A DNA stretch of 64,000 nt, from positions 128,001 to 192,000 of the forward strand of contig JBCBUK010000005.1 of assembly GCA_039818205.1 (NCBI GenBank). The letters are read 5' to 3'. Made by a program: the position numbers and the translations under genes. This document shows, piece after piece, positions 19,735 to 28,673 of the stretch. This stretch comes from Verrucomicrobiota bacterium. Its GTDB lineage: Bacteria; Verrucomicrobiota; Verrucomicrobiia; Opitutales; Cerasicoccaceae. A model generated the notes under the pieces. That model worked only from the letters and a program-made list of their open reading frames with translations. It was not told the DNA's origin and ran no database searches. The stretch's first letter is position 1. Every line of letters begins with the position of its first letter.

Positions 19735-21881
19735 TAGTCAATGATCCATTGCTTGATTGCTGGCAGGCAAACCGTCACCTTTGCTCCCAGATTAGGCCGA
19801 CTGCTTATGTCGACTTGGCCCTCCAGCTGTGCGATACGTTCCTGCATTCCTTGAATTCCGAAGTGGCCCGCCTTATTCATTGCTTTGGTATCGATCCCGA
19901 TTCCGTCGTCTTCAATCACGATCTCCAACTGATCAGGTCGGTAAATGAGAATAACGCGAATACGGTTTGCGTCCGCGTGTCGAATGGCATTGGTAACGGC
20001 CTCCTTGATCACCAGCAAGAGGTTTCGCTCGACCTCCTGTTTTAACACGAAGAGCTCACCAACGGCTTCGAGGGTCAGTGCGACGCCTGCTTGTTCAGCC
20101 AAGGGCTCAACGACCTCCTGCAACGCTGCCATCAATCCCATGCGCCCAATCTTGCCACTCCGTAGATAAAGGATTGATGACCGTGACTCCTCGCTGCATT
20201 GATCGAGCATATCTTGGAGCCCCTGAAGGGATTGCTCGCTGCGCTGCTGGCCCGACTCCAGATCCGCGATCGCAGCTTCCTGGTCACCCTTATCCAAACC
20301 ATTCACCCACTTCTTGGTACGCTGCATATTTAGGTGCAAAATCCTAAGCGTTCCTTGGAGCTGCATCGCCATTCCGACAAGCCCTTGCTCTAGGTTATCA
20401 TGCAGCTCACGCGCAATGCGTTGTCGCTCCTTGAGAAGCGTTTCCCGCTCAACCTGCTTGCCGATGATACCCGTTTGTTTTGATACGACCTGGCGCAAGG
20501 CCAACGCCCAAATAAGAACGGCAACCCCTAGAACGAGCAATATCGCCAATAGCAGCAATAGTTTGCCGGGTGTCCACCACGGCAGATTTTTGATAACTTT
20601 TATATCGCTCGCATTTCTTAGCTGCAACCAGAAGCCATCGATCGCGGATTCACCACGAGTAAATTGATCCGGTATGAGATGACATATCCCAGAAAGCTGT
20701 AGTTCCACCCCCACTTTTACCTGCTCTTCCGGAATACTTCCAATCGGCATGCGTGCCTCAAAAATGTAGTCATCCGAATGGCAGAGCAGCACCCACTCCT
20801 CCAAGCCCGATGGAGAAAAACTCTTGCCGATATCAACCAGGCGGGTTTCGAGCTGGACGAGGTTCCAGTTCATATTGCGGTCGATTGGTTGCTGATCGTC
20901 TATCCTTAGCGGAACTGGCTCCGGACCTCGTTCTAATACATCTACCGCGAAAGCTCGAAAGGCAGGGCTCAAGGGTTTTGGCCAAACAAAGCCAGCAATC
21001 TCAACCAAATCCCCAATCTTCGCATCAACTTCATTTGCGGTCCTTACTAGTAAATTTGAGTTTCCTGATTGAAGGATGAGTTGGCCATCATTGGCGTGAG
21101 TTACGGTACCTCGAGTTTTCACCGCTTCGAGGTGGTCGATCCCCAATCGCATAAAATCGCTCATGGATATGGTCTTCAGTTGCTCCTGGTTTGGCTCCTC
21201 ATCCAAAGGCGTCAGTAGATCCAGCGAGCTCAGCGCAAACAGGCGCCCAGTGACCTGCCGCTGATCATTGAATAGCGTGCTTGCCACGACATAGAGGCGG
21301 ATCCGGCGAAACAATAAGCCCTTCAGCGCCTGATAGTTCTCCAGCGTGTATCGTAGCTGGATCAGGAGCGAGGTCTGCTTGTGGTCCAACTCGAGCTGAA
21401 TCGACGTCTGGTTCTCATCGACTGAAATTGCCACGAGGCGGCCGGCTAGCACGAATGGATTACAATCAACTTCGTAAGCATAGTAGTCATCGAGCTGAAA
21501 CAGAGGCGCTTCCGGTAGTGGCTCATTTCCAACAACCTCAACTTCATGGGCAAAGACGATCGGGGAAAACCCGCCGGATTCCGTAGTCCCTCGAACCCGA
21601 ATAATATCGCCGAGGCGAATATTGCGGAGCAGCCCCGGCTTGTCAAAATCCTGCGCCATGTAGATGCCGTCGGATCCATCGTGTATGAACACACCAGAAT
21701 CTCCAAGATTGGCGGCAATAACCTGCACCCCTTCCAACGCAACCTCACGCGGCAGGTCCGCTTCCTCAGCAGAGAGTTCACGCACCTCGCGAATGCTCCG
21801 AATCGGGTCATCGTCTTCGGCGTGCAATCCGACTACCGCAAAGACCGCTATGAGTATGTTCCAGATTCTCATTCGAGACAC
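19734..21881 (-). CDS. Sensor histidine kinase (HisKA_3 type) with large periplasmic domain
   Basis: Signal peptide, one TM helix, ERQRIARELHD H-box, EAVTNAIRHA, DDGIG, GHFGIQGMQER; TAATG overlap with the regulator. Confidence 0.92.
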   Translation of the reverse strand: MSRMRIWNILIAVFAVVGLHAEDDDPIRSIREVRELSAEEADLPREVALEGVQVIAANLGDSGVFIHDGSDGIYMAQDFDKPGLLRNIRLGDIIRVRGTTESGGFSPIVFAHEVEVVGNEPLPEAPLFQLDDYYAYEVDCNPFVLAGRLVAISVDENQTSIQLELDHKQTSLLIQLRYTLENYQALKGLLFRRIRLYVVASTLFNDQRQVTGRLFALSSLDLLTPLDEEPNQEQLKTISMSDFMRLGIDHLEAVKTRGTVTHANDGQLILQSGNSNLLVRTANEVDAKIGDLVEIAGFVWPKPLSPAFRAFAVDVLERGPEPVPLRIDDQQPIDRNMNWNLVQLETRLVDIGKSFSPSGLEEWVLLCHSDDYIFEARMPIGSIPEEQVKVGVELQLSGICHLIPDQFTRGESAIDGFWLQLRNASDIKVIKNLPWWTPGKLLLLLAILLVLGVAVLIWALALRQVVSKQTGIIGKQVERETLLKERQRIARELHDNLEQGLVGMAMQLQGTLRILHLNMQRTKKWVNGLDKGDQEAAIADLESGQQRSEQSLQGLQDMLDQCSEESRSSILYLRSGKIGRMGLMAALQEVVEPLAEQAGVALTLEAVGELFVLKQEVERNLLLVIKEAVTNAIRHADANRIRVILIYRPDQLEIVIEDDGIGIDTKAMNKAGHFGIQGMQERIAQLEGQVDISSRPNLGAKVTVCLPAIKQWIID

Positions 21882-22099
21882 GAAAGATTAAAGCAAAGAT
21901 TCTGGTCCGCCAAAATCCGGGAAGCAAGCCACGAGAGAATCAGAAATTCACCGCCCGAAACTGAGACTAAATGGCCCAACAATTCCCATACGAAATATTT
22001 CCACCAGTCGAATTGTATCTAAATTTGTCTCACCGCATCCTTTTGCTTGGCTCAAAATCAAAAAGCCCCTATTCCCTGTCTTCTACGAACCGTAGACCG

Positions 22100-23539
22100 A
22101 TGGACTACTACTACTTAGACGGACAAGAAACCCGAGGACCTTTTGACCGGCCTGGGCTCACTCAATTAATCCATACGGGGATCATCAAACCCGACACCTA
22201 CATCTACCATAAGGATCTCGGTGAGTGGAAAAGGTATCGCGACGCCTACTATGACTTGTTTCCCGAGTCACGGCCTGCATTTATGATTGGTGCTGCGGGC
22301 ACGACCAAGCCTCCGATCGCGCCCGGAGTCAATGTCAACCACCCAGCCGCAGCGGCACCTGGCCAAGTAAAGGATACTCTGACCGAATCCGAATCAGACC
22401 ACGATCCAGCTTCGGGAGTCATGGCGGAGATTATCGCCTTTTACTCCATGTATAGCCTATGGATTAAGGTAGCGGCCGTCGTGCTCGTTCTCGGACTCGT
22501 GGGCGGCTACGTTGCAAAGAATCGGGAGAAGTGGGTCGAAGATGCAATCACGATGGATCGCGGCGAATCGTTCGATGCCGATGATGCGCGCAAGGAGATA
22601 AAGGCAGCCGCCAAGGAATGGAAGAAAACGGCCAAATATGTAGAAAAAGGCCAGATCGAAAAAGCAATAGAATCCTACGACAAGGGATTTAAAGAGGTCA
22701 TGACTCTGCATCACCACAATAACCGAGAGGTAATCGATGGAAACAAGAAGGTTGCTGATCTGATCAAAGAAGCCGTCGATCCAGTGATTGTTGCCCTTGA
22801 TAAAAAGCATTTTGCTCTACTGGACCAATTGGAACAGGGAGATATCTCGAAAAGCCAAGTCGATGCGTACGTGGACCAGTTCCGTATGGTCGTCTACGAT
22901 AATTTTTCAAATAACTTCCGAGAACGGAGGCATGCGATTGACAAAAGTCGAGCCGAACGGGCTGGTAAGGTTTTTCGCCTGATGTTACACTTAGAATATC
23001 CTGACAAATTCTCCGACGAAACCAAAAACTACCGCCGCATTCGAGAGACGATTGAGCAAATGGTTCGCGCGCAGTTCGCTGCTCCGCCGGGCTATATCGT
23101 CGAAGTTGCCTCACCGTCAGGACCCCTTGAGGAAGAGGCGACCTTCTTTACCTGCAGTGTCCGAGTCCGCTTCGACTACTTGCCTTACTACTTTGATAAA
23201 GGGGACGATCCGGAATTCAGTAAATTATTCTTCGATCGCGAACCGCGTCGGTATAGTCCCGACGCTGTCATCGTGAACAAAATCATCGTGACTTTGTTCG
23301 ACTACAATGATCGAGCGCGAATGGAACAACGCGGTATAAAAACCAACTGGGATAACCTTTCGGTCTACGTTGCAACGGTCCCCCCACCGCCTTACATCAA
23401 GGTCTCAAAAGACGCCAAGCCGGCTGAGCGAATCATGGTAATGGCCCGCCACGATGACCAAGTCGCCGACAAACTTATTGAGAAGCTGCAAACCGGTTTC
23501 AAGCTTCCCAAGTTAACAGTCAGCAAGAAAAGTCAATAG
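22100..23539 (+). CDS. GYF_2 (DUF4339)-like domain membrane protein
   Basis: From ATG 22100: YYYLDGQETRGPF...L...GIIKPDTYIYHKDLGEW, Pro/Ala linker, single TM helix, large unrecognised C-terminal domain. Confidence 0.7.
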   Translation: MDYYYLDGQETRGPFDRPGLTQLIHTGIIKPDTYIYHKDLGEWKRYRDAYYDLFPESRPAFMIGAAGTTKPPIAPGVNVNHPAAAAPGQVKDTLTESESDHDPASGVMAEIIAFYSMYSLWIKVAAVVLVLGLVGGYVAKNREKWVEDAITMDRGESFDADDARKEIKAAAKEWKKTAKYVEKGQIEKAIESYDKGFKEVMTLHHHNNREVIDGNKKVADLIKEAVDPVIVALDKKHFALLDQLEQGDISKSQVDAYVDQFRMVVYDNFSNNFRERRHAIDKSRAERAGKVFRLMLHLEYPDKFSDETKNYRRIRETIEQMVRAQFAAPPGYIVEVASPSGPLEEEATFFTCSVRVRFDYLPYYFDKGDDPEFSKLFFDREPRRYSPDAVIVNKIIVTLFDYNDRARMEQRGIKTNWDNLSVYVATVPPPPYIKVSKDAKPAERIMVMARHDDQVADKLIEKLQTGFKLPKLTVSKKSQ

Positions 23540-23558
23540 GACCAGCGACCTTCGATAT

Positions 23559-24668
23559 CTATTCGTCCGGAGGCACCATACCAGGCCAACCGTCGGTCGC
23601 GACGATTCGAATGGGACCCTCATTTGAACGAACCACGACAAGGGTTTCAACGTTGGTGAGGCTATCGATTAGCGATCTCGCTCCATCTACACCTAGGACA
23701 ACGCAGGCGGTCGCCAGGCCATCCGCCAACGCGCAGTCAGGCGCCACTACGCTCACGCTCAACACCTGATTATCGACAGGAAATCCGGTCCTCGGGTCAA
23801 TTATATGCGAATAGACCTCTTCGTCCCTCTTTAGAAAGTTTTGATAGTTTCCACTGGTAGCCAAGGCGCGGTTTTCCAAAAGCACTTGATCAATCGTTCT
23901 GGGTCGATCGAGATTAGCAATCGGCTTCGATATTCCAACGCGCCAGGGCCTGCCTTTGGGGCTGACCCCGACTGCCTTGAGCTCACCACCGAACTCGACC
24001 AGATAGTCAACGATCTCATGCTGATCCAGGATCTTAGCAATCGAATCGACTGCGTAACCTTTGGCCACTGCTGATAGATTTAGCTGCAGGCCCGCTCGCT
24101 CTTTCCTAACGGTTTGCGCATTGGGATCGACTGTAAGGTTCTCGTAACCGCAATGCTCCATCGTCCGCTCAACGAGTGCATCGCTCGGCACGGCGGGCGG
24201 TGGCTCCGAAGCACCAAATCCCCAGAGTTCCACCAGTGGTGAGACCGTTGGGTCCAATGCGCCATTGCTCAATCGGGCGATGTCCAAGCTTTTCGACAAT
24301 ACCTGAAGCGCGTGCTCGGGGATCTCAATTTCAACGCTGGCTGGCGCTTCGTTGAATTTACTAACCCAACTATCCGTTCTCCAGTTAGACAACTCCTCAT
24401 CCAGTTGCTCGAGCAGCGCATCAATCTCGGCTTGCACGATAGCTTCTTCGTCAAATTCGTTAACGGGTCGATAGACAATGCCATACTGTGTGCCCATGGC
24501 CTGGCCGTCAAAACCGATGAAATCTTGATCGGACGAAGGCCCATCGCACCCGATCCCGACAAGCAGCACCGTGCTCACGAGTGCCGAAGCAATAAGCGTG
24601 GTCCACCGAGCAATAAGCGGTCGACTAGTCTCGAAACCGAAAGCACTCATGATTCCACATTCGGGCAT
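23559..24668 (-). CDS. apbE: FAD:protein FMN transferase ApbE
   Basis: AMGT, DPTVSPLVELWGF, LSAVAKGYAVD, ALATSGNY, HIIDPRTG, ADGLATA; lipoprotein-like signal. Start may be 24650. Confidence 0.93.
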   Translation of the reverse strand: MPECGIMSAFGFETSRPLIARWTTLIASALVSTVLLVGIGCDGPSSDQDFIGFDGQAMGTQYGIVYRPVNEFDEEAIVQAEIDALLEQLDEELSNWRTDSWVSKFNEAPASVEIEIPEHALQVLSKSLDIARLSNGALDPTVSPLVELWGFGASEPPPAVPSDALVERTMEHCGYENLTVDPNAQTVRKERAGLQLNLSAVAKGYAVDSIAKILDQHEIVDYLVEFGGELKAVGVSPKGRPWRVGISKPIANLDRPRTIDQVLLENRALATSGNYQNFLKRDEEVYSHIIDPRTGFPVDNQVLSVSVVAPDCALADGLATACVVLGVDGARSLIDSLTNVETLVVVRSNEGPIRIVATDGWPGMVPPDE

Positions 24669-25851
24669 ACATCAAACTCGATAAGCCGATGGACAACGCA
24701 CACACAATGGCTAGTCCTGTCGGCGCTAGAAAAAGGAGAACAACGTAACCGAGGAACGGCGCCAGGATTCCTCGGATACCCGTGAGCGTGGTGTGCACAC
24801 TCATGTAGGCAGATACCTTATCGCTATCGACAATCTTGGTTATCCACAAGTTCCAGGAAATCAAACTACCGCCCATTCCGAACCCAACTAATAGGGCTCC
24901 AAGGTAAATGACGGGCAAACTGGAACCGGTGAAAAACAGCAATATTCCGACGATGAAGCAGGCGTTCACCGCAATGCGCCACGGAATATAATTCCACCGA
25001 TCAAAGAGCGCTCCCCAAAACTTGCTGCTCACGATCTTTGCAATACTTGGCAGGATCACCGTGGCGAGCGCAACCTGTTCATTCGATGCATTGATTCCGT
25101 ATCTTGGGTCCGCGAGCACTTCAACGCGAATTGGGAGGGTCATAAAGTTGGCAAGACCCATGAGCATTTTCGCTCCGAGTAACCAACCGAACACCTTGTC
25201 ACTCCAAATCAGCGAAAAGTTGCGAAGCGGATTCCGAACCTCATGGCTAGCCAAGGGCTTCGAAGGAATCTTTCGGACCCAAAACGCATTTATGAAACAG
25301 GCCACCGCCATCGCGATCAAAATGCCAGGGAACCAGTCAAAATTGGTATCGAGCAACCAACCGCCCGCCGCTGAAAACAGCACCGAACTAAACGCAATAA
25401 TCATGATCACGGTCGACACCCGTTTTCCGCGCTGGCGCGATTCGTAATTGATCGCGTACGTTTCCGCCATCAACGGTGCCTGTTGAGCGCTGATGATATT
25501 CGCCACGACAAACAAAGCTGCAAACCAATACAAACTGCCAGCTGAAGACGCAGCCAGCAGCATCGCACCCGCGAGCACAAGATAGATAGATATAGCCCGA
25601 GTTGCCGGCAGACGTGAACGGCTGACGAAGGACAGAGACAATGAAGTCAGCAAGAGACCGACAAAACCCGCTGAGGTTATCAAGCTCTTGATGCCGATCG
25701 ACGACCAAGACTCATCATCGGCTCCGAAGCCGCGAATAACAATCAACAAGCCAAAGGTAACCCACCCGGCTTCACAGATCCCGAGAAAGGCCGCGCGCCA
25801 GCAATCGTATCGATAGGTGAGTTGTGCGTCGTCTTGAGGTTTCGTTTGCAA
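24625..25851 (-). CDS. MFS transporter
   Basis: 408 aa, about 12 hydrophobic segments, WGALFDRW loop motif in the second half; TTG start. Confidence 0.75.
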   Translation of the reverse strand: MQTKPQDDAQLTYRYDCWRAAFLGICEAGWVTFGLLIVIRGFGADDESWSSIGIKSLITSAGFVGLLLTSLSLSFVSRSRLPATRAISIYLVLAGAMLLAASSAGSLYWFAALFVVANIISAQQAPLMAETYAINYESRQRGKRVSTVIMIIAFSSVLFSAAGGWLLDTNFDWFPGILIAMAVACFINAFWVRKIPSKPLASHEVRNPLRNFSLIWSDKVFGWLLGAKMLMGLANFMTLPIRVEVLADPRYGINASNEQVALATVILPSIAKIVSSKFWGALFDRWNYIPWRIAVNACFIVGILLFFTGSSLPVIYLGALLVGFGMGGSLISWNLWITKIVDSDKVSAYMSVHTTLTGIRGILAPFLGYVVLLFLAPTGLAIVCALSIGLSSLMYARMWNHECFRFRD

Positions 25852-25944
25852 TCTTCCCTATACAGATAAAAGACACCAAAACACTCAACCCTTTCCTGAA
25901 GAAACGATATAGACCAAATGGTTTAGTAAACGAAAGGAACCAAT

Positions 25945-27351
25945 TTACTTCCGATAAACCACATCAATTTCGGGGCGATTGCGGCGCAGGCTCTCGACAG
26001 CTGGCTCACTTACCTTGGTTCCCGAAAGGAACAGCTTCTCCAGGCCATACAACTGCTCAATCGTCGCTAGGCCTTGATCGGATACTTGCGTGTCGTAAAG
26101 GTTCAAATATTTGAGTTTTGGGAGCTGCCCCAACGCGGCCAAATCAGTATCAGTTACGTTCGTTCCATCCAAGTGGAGACGCTCAAGATTCTCAAAACGA
26201 GTCACCCCATTGAAAAACCCATTGGGCAACTTCAGTTTACTACAGTCCAGCCAGATCAATTCGCTCTTGAGTGATCCAATTGCCTGCAGCGCGGTACCCA
26301 GTTGCTCTGGAAACACAACCCCAAGATCAACCCGTACGGAACCGTCCCCCCAAGCATTGTACTCGGCTTTTGCACCCGTTTGATTTATGGTGGCGATGGC
26401 CTTGTCGGTTGCTGGAGTTCCAACATTTGAATGGCTGCCTTTGGCCGCATCGAGCTCAGCCTGTGTCGGCCAATAGGCCCCAGCCGCGATCCAGTCGTGC
26501 ACGGCTTCAATGGCTTGCGGAGACAAACGCGGCTTCTTTGACGGTGGCATTACATCGTCGTCGTCCGCTGGCAAAAGAATCCGATAGTATAGCTCGCTCG
26601 CATTGGGATCCCCAGCGACGACGGGTTCCTTACGACCTCGGCCCACGGTCATGATCGCTTCCGCGCTATCGACCCGGTAGTCGCCTTTTTGCTTTGTCGC
26701 GCCATGGCATTCAAAGCAATTCCGCTCCAAAACGGCATGCGCTGCATTAAACAGCGCCACCTTGGGATCAACCGCAGCAATTGTCATCACCTGCGAATCC
26801 ATCCGCTCGCTGTTGGCCAAAACGCTTGGGGTCACCCCGCTCGATACCGTCGTCGAAGTTTGTGGGGGTTCGTTGGAACTTGATTCCTTGGGCGGTGGCG
26901 GCGCGGGTCGTTCGTCAGACTTGAAACCCTTGGTCAAAAAACCCTTACCGTGGACAAGCTCGCCTCCGAGATGCCCAGTCACCACCATGGCCCCGGTTGT
27001 CGCAATCAGCGCAACAACATAGACAGCAAGAACACCGGGATTCTTCTTCTTACGGCGCACCCAGCTAAGCACATAGGTGACCAAGGCACAGGCACCAAAA
27101 ATGAATCCCCAGCGTTCATGATCTTCAACTTCATCACCAAACTTTCCGGATTTCTCGTAGATCAGCCCTGAGCCAATCGCGAAAGCAGTCGTCAAGACGA
27201 ACAGGAAATAGAGCATCCCCAGGGCCGGCAACTTTCGGTCGTCCTTGTCTCGTAGGAATACTTCGACGAACAGAATGGCCGCCAGGACGCCGATCGGCAA
27301 GTGGAGCAGTACAATATGAAATGGTCCAAAGGGCAAAAGGAACTCAGGCAT
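25945..27351 (-). CDS. Membrane protein: DUF2231-like 4-TM domain + planctomycete-type cytochrome c + leucine-rich repeats
   Basis: FHIVLLHLPIG, GHLGGELVHG, CFECH...MPP, C-terminal LRRs (LERLHLDGTNVTD, LKYLNLYDTQVSD). Confidence 0.8.
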   Translation of the reverse strand: MPEFLLPFGPFHIVLLHLPIGVLAAILFVEVFLRDKDDRKLPALGMLYFLFVLTTAFAIGSGLIYEKSGKFGDEVEDHERWGFIFGACALVTYVLSWVRRKKKNPGVLAVYVVALIATTGAMVVTGHLGGELVHGKGFLTKGFKSDERPAPPPPKESSSNEPPQTSTTVSSGVTPSVLANSERMDSQVMTIAAVDPKVALFNAAHAVLERNCFECHGATKQKGDYRVDSAEAIMTVGRGRKEPVVAGDPNASELYYRILLPADDDDVMPPSKKPRLSPQAIEAVHDWIAAGAYWPTQAELDAAKGSHSNVGTPATDKAIATINQTGAKAEYNAWGDGSVRVDLGVVFPEQLGTALQAIGSLKSELIWLDCSKLKLPNGFFNGVTRFENLERLHLDGTNVTDTDLAALGQLPKLKYLNLYDTQVSDQGLATIEQLYGLEKLFLSGTKVSEPAVESLRRNRPEIDVVYRK

Positions 27352-27363
27352 AAACTAAACGGA

Positions 27364-28647
27364 TTAGAATAATGCCGTAACCGGTTGTCCCTTATCCGCA
27401 ACCGTAAAAGGACGCCCACTAGGCGAATACACGACTTTTTCCAGAGGCAAGCCCAGGGAATAAGCAATTGTTGCGTTAAAGTCTGGAATCGTGACACGAT
27501 TTTCGACCACGGAGCCTCCACGCTCATCGGTTGAGCCATACACTTGACCGCCTTGTATACCGCCACCGGCCAACGCACATGAGAACGCCGACGGATGGTG
27601 ATTGCGGCCCGAGTTGCTATTTATCTCTGGGGAGCGGCCAAACTCGGTTGCGATGACGACGAGTGTCTCGTCAAGCAATCCACGGTAGTAAAGATCGTCA
27701 AGCAAGGCAGCAATCGACTGGTCCATCGGTGCGGTCAACTCTTCGACACGCTGGTGATTGTCGTCATGGGTATCCCACCCACCCGAGGTCACCTCAACGA
27801 AGCGGACCCCATGCTCAACCAAGCGCCGAGCAAGCAAACAACCTTTGCCAAACTTCGATTCACCATAAGTCTTTCGAACGCTTTGCGGCTCGTTGTTCAA
27901 ATCGAAGGCAGCGAGATCTTTGCTATTCATCAAGCGGATCGCGTCCGAATAAACATCGTTGTAGGCATTGACCTTCTTGGAGGAGTAATGTTTGTGGAAC
28001 GACAGGTCCATCATCTCGGCAATTGCGAGGCGCTCCCGCATCTCATTGTCATCCACGCTGTGATGCCGGTCCACGTAAGGCAGACCGTCATCCGGACTGC
28101 CTAGATGCAGCGGATCGTATTTTGCATTGAGGAAGCCCGCGCCGCCCGGAGCATTGTTACTCCCACCGATACGCACATTGCCCGGCAGGGTTGAATTTGT
28201 CCGCCCAGACATGCTCGTTAACCATGCGCCCAACCCAGGGTGCTTGATTGTCCCCCGCTGCGTGTAGCTGGTGTGCATGAAATAGGTACCGGGCTCGTGT
28301 GCTCCCTGGTTCGAGTGCATCGAACGGACGAGGGCCAGGTGATTCATACGCTTGGCCAGTTGGGGCAAGTAAGATGAGAACTGAACACCATCGACGTTGG
28401 TAGCAATGGTCTCAACCGGCCCCTGCTGATCCCAATCGGGCTTGGGATCAAAGGTATCGATGTGACTAATTCCACCACTCAGGTAAAGATAGATGACATT
28501 TCGGGCGGTCGGCCGTATGCCGCCCGTGGCAGCCAGCAGTGGATTAGCGCTCGTGGATGCCAAACCGACACCGAGCAATGCCTTGGCTGAATACTGCATG
28601 AACTTTCGGCGCGAAAGCTCATCAAGCTTGTTGAGTTCGTTATACAT
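27364..28647 (-). CDS. DUF1501 domain protein with Tat-like leader
   Basis: SRRKFM leader, YLSGGISHIDTFDPK, CLLARRLVEHGVRFV, GWDTH, EFGRSP; ATG start taken at 28647. Confidence 0.88.
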   Translation of the reverse strand: MYNELNKLDELSRRKFMQYSAKALLGVGLASTSANPLLAATGGIRPTARNVIYLYLSGGISHIDTFDPKPDWDQQGPVETIATNVDGVQFSSYLPQLAKRMNHLALVRSMHSNQGAHEPGTYFMHTSYTQRGTIKHPGLGAWLTSMSGRTNSTLPGNVRIGGSNNAPGGAGFLNAKYDPLHLGSPDDGLPYVDRHHSVDDNEMRERLAIAEMMDLSFHKHYSSKKVNAYNDVYSDAIRLMNSKDLAAFDLNNEPQSVRKTYGESKFGKGCLLARRLVEHGVRFVEVTSGGWDTHDDNHQRVEELTAPMDQSIAALLDDLYYRGLLDETLVVIATEFGRSPEINSNSGRNHHPSAFSCALAGGGIQGGQVYGSTDERGGSVVENRVTIPDFNATIAYSLGLPLEKVVYSPSGRPFTVADKGQPVTALF

Positions 28648-28673
28648 GGTCTTCTGGTCGCTAGGGTTCCACC

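Noticed and set aside
19093..21881. Calling the two-component pair NarX/NarL because it abuts nirB
   Set aside because: It is convergent with nirB, and the large periplasmic sensor shows no NarX-type nitrate-binding P-box; only the family-level call is supported.
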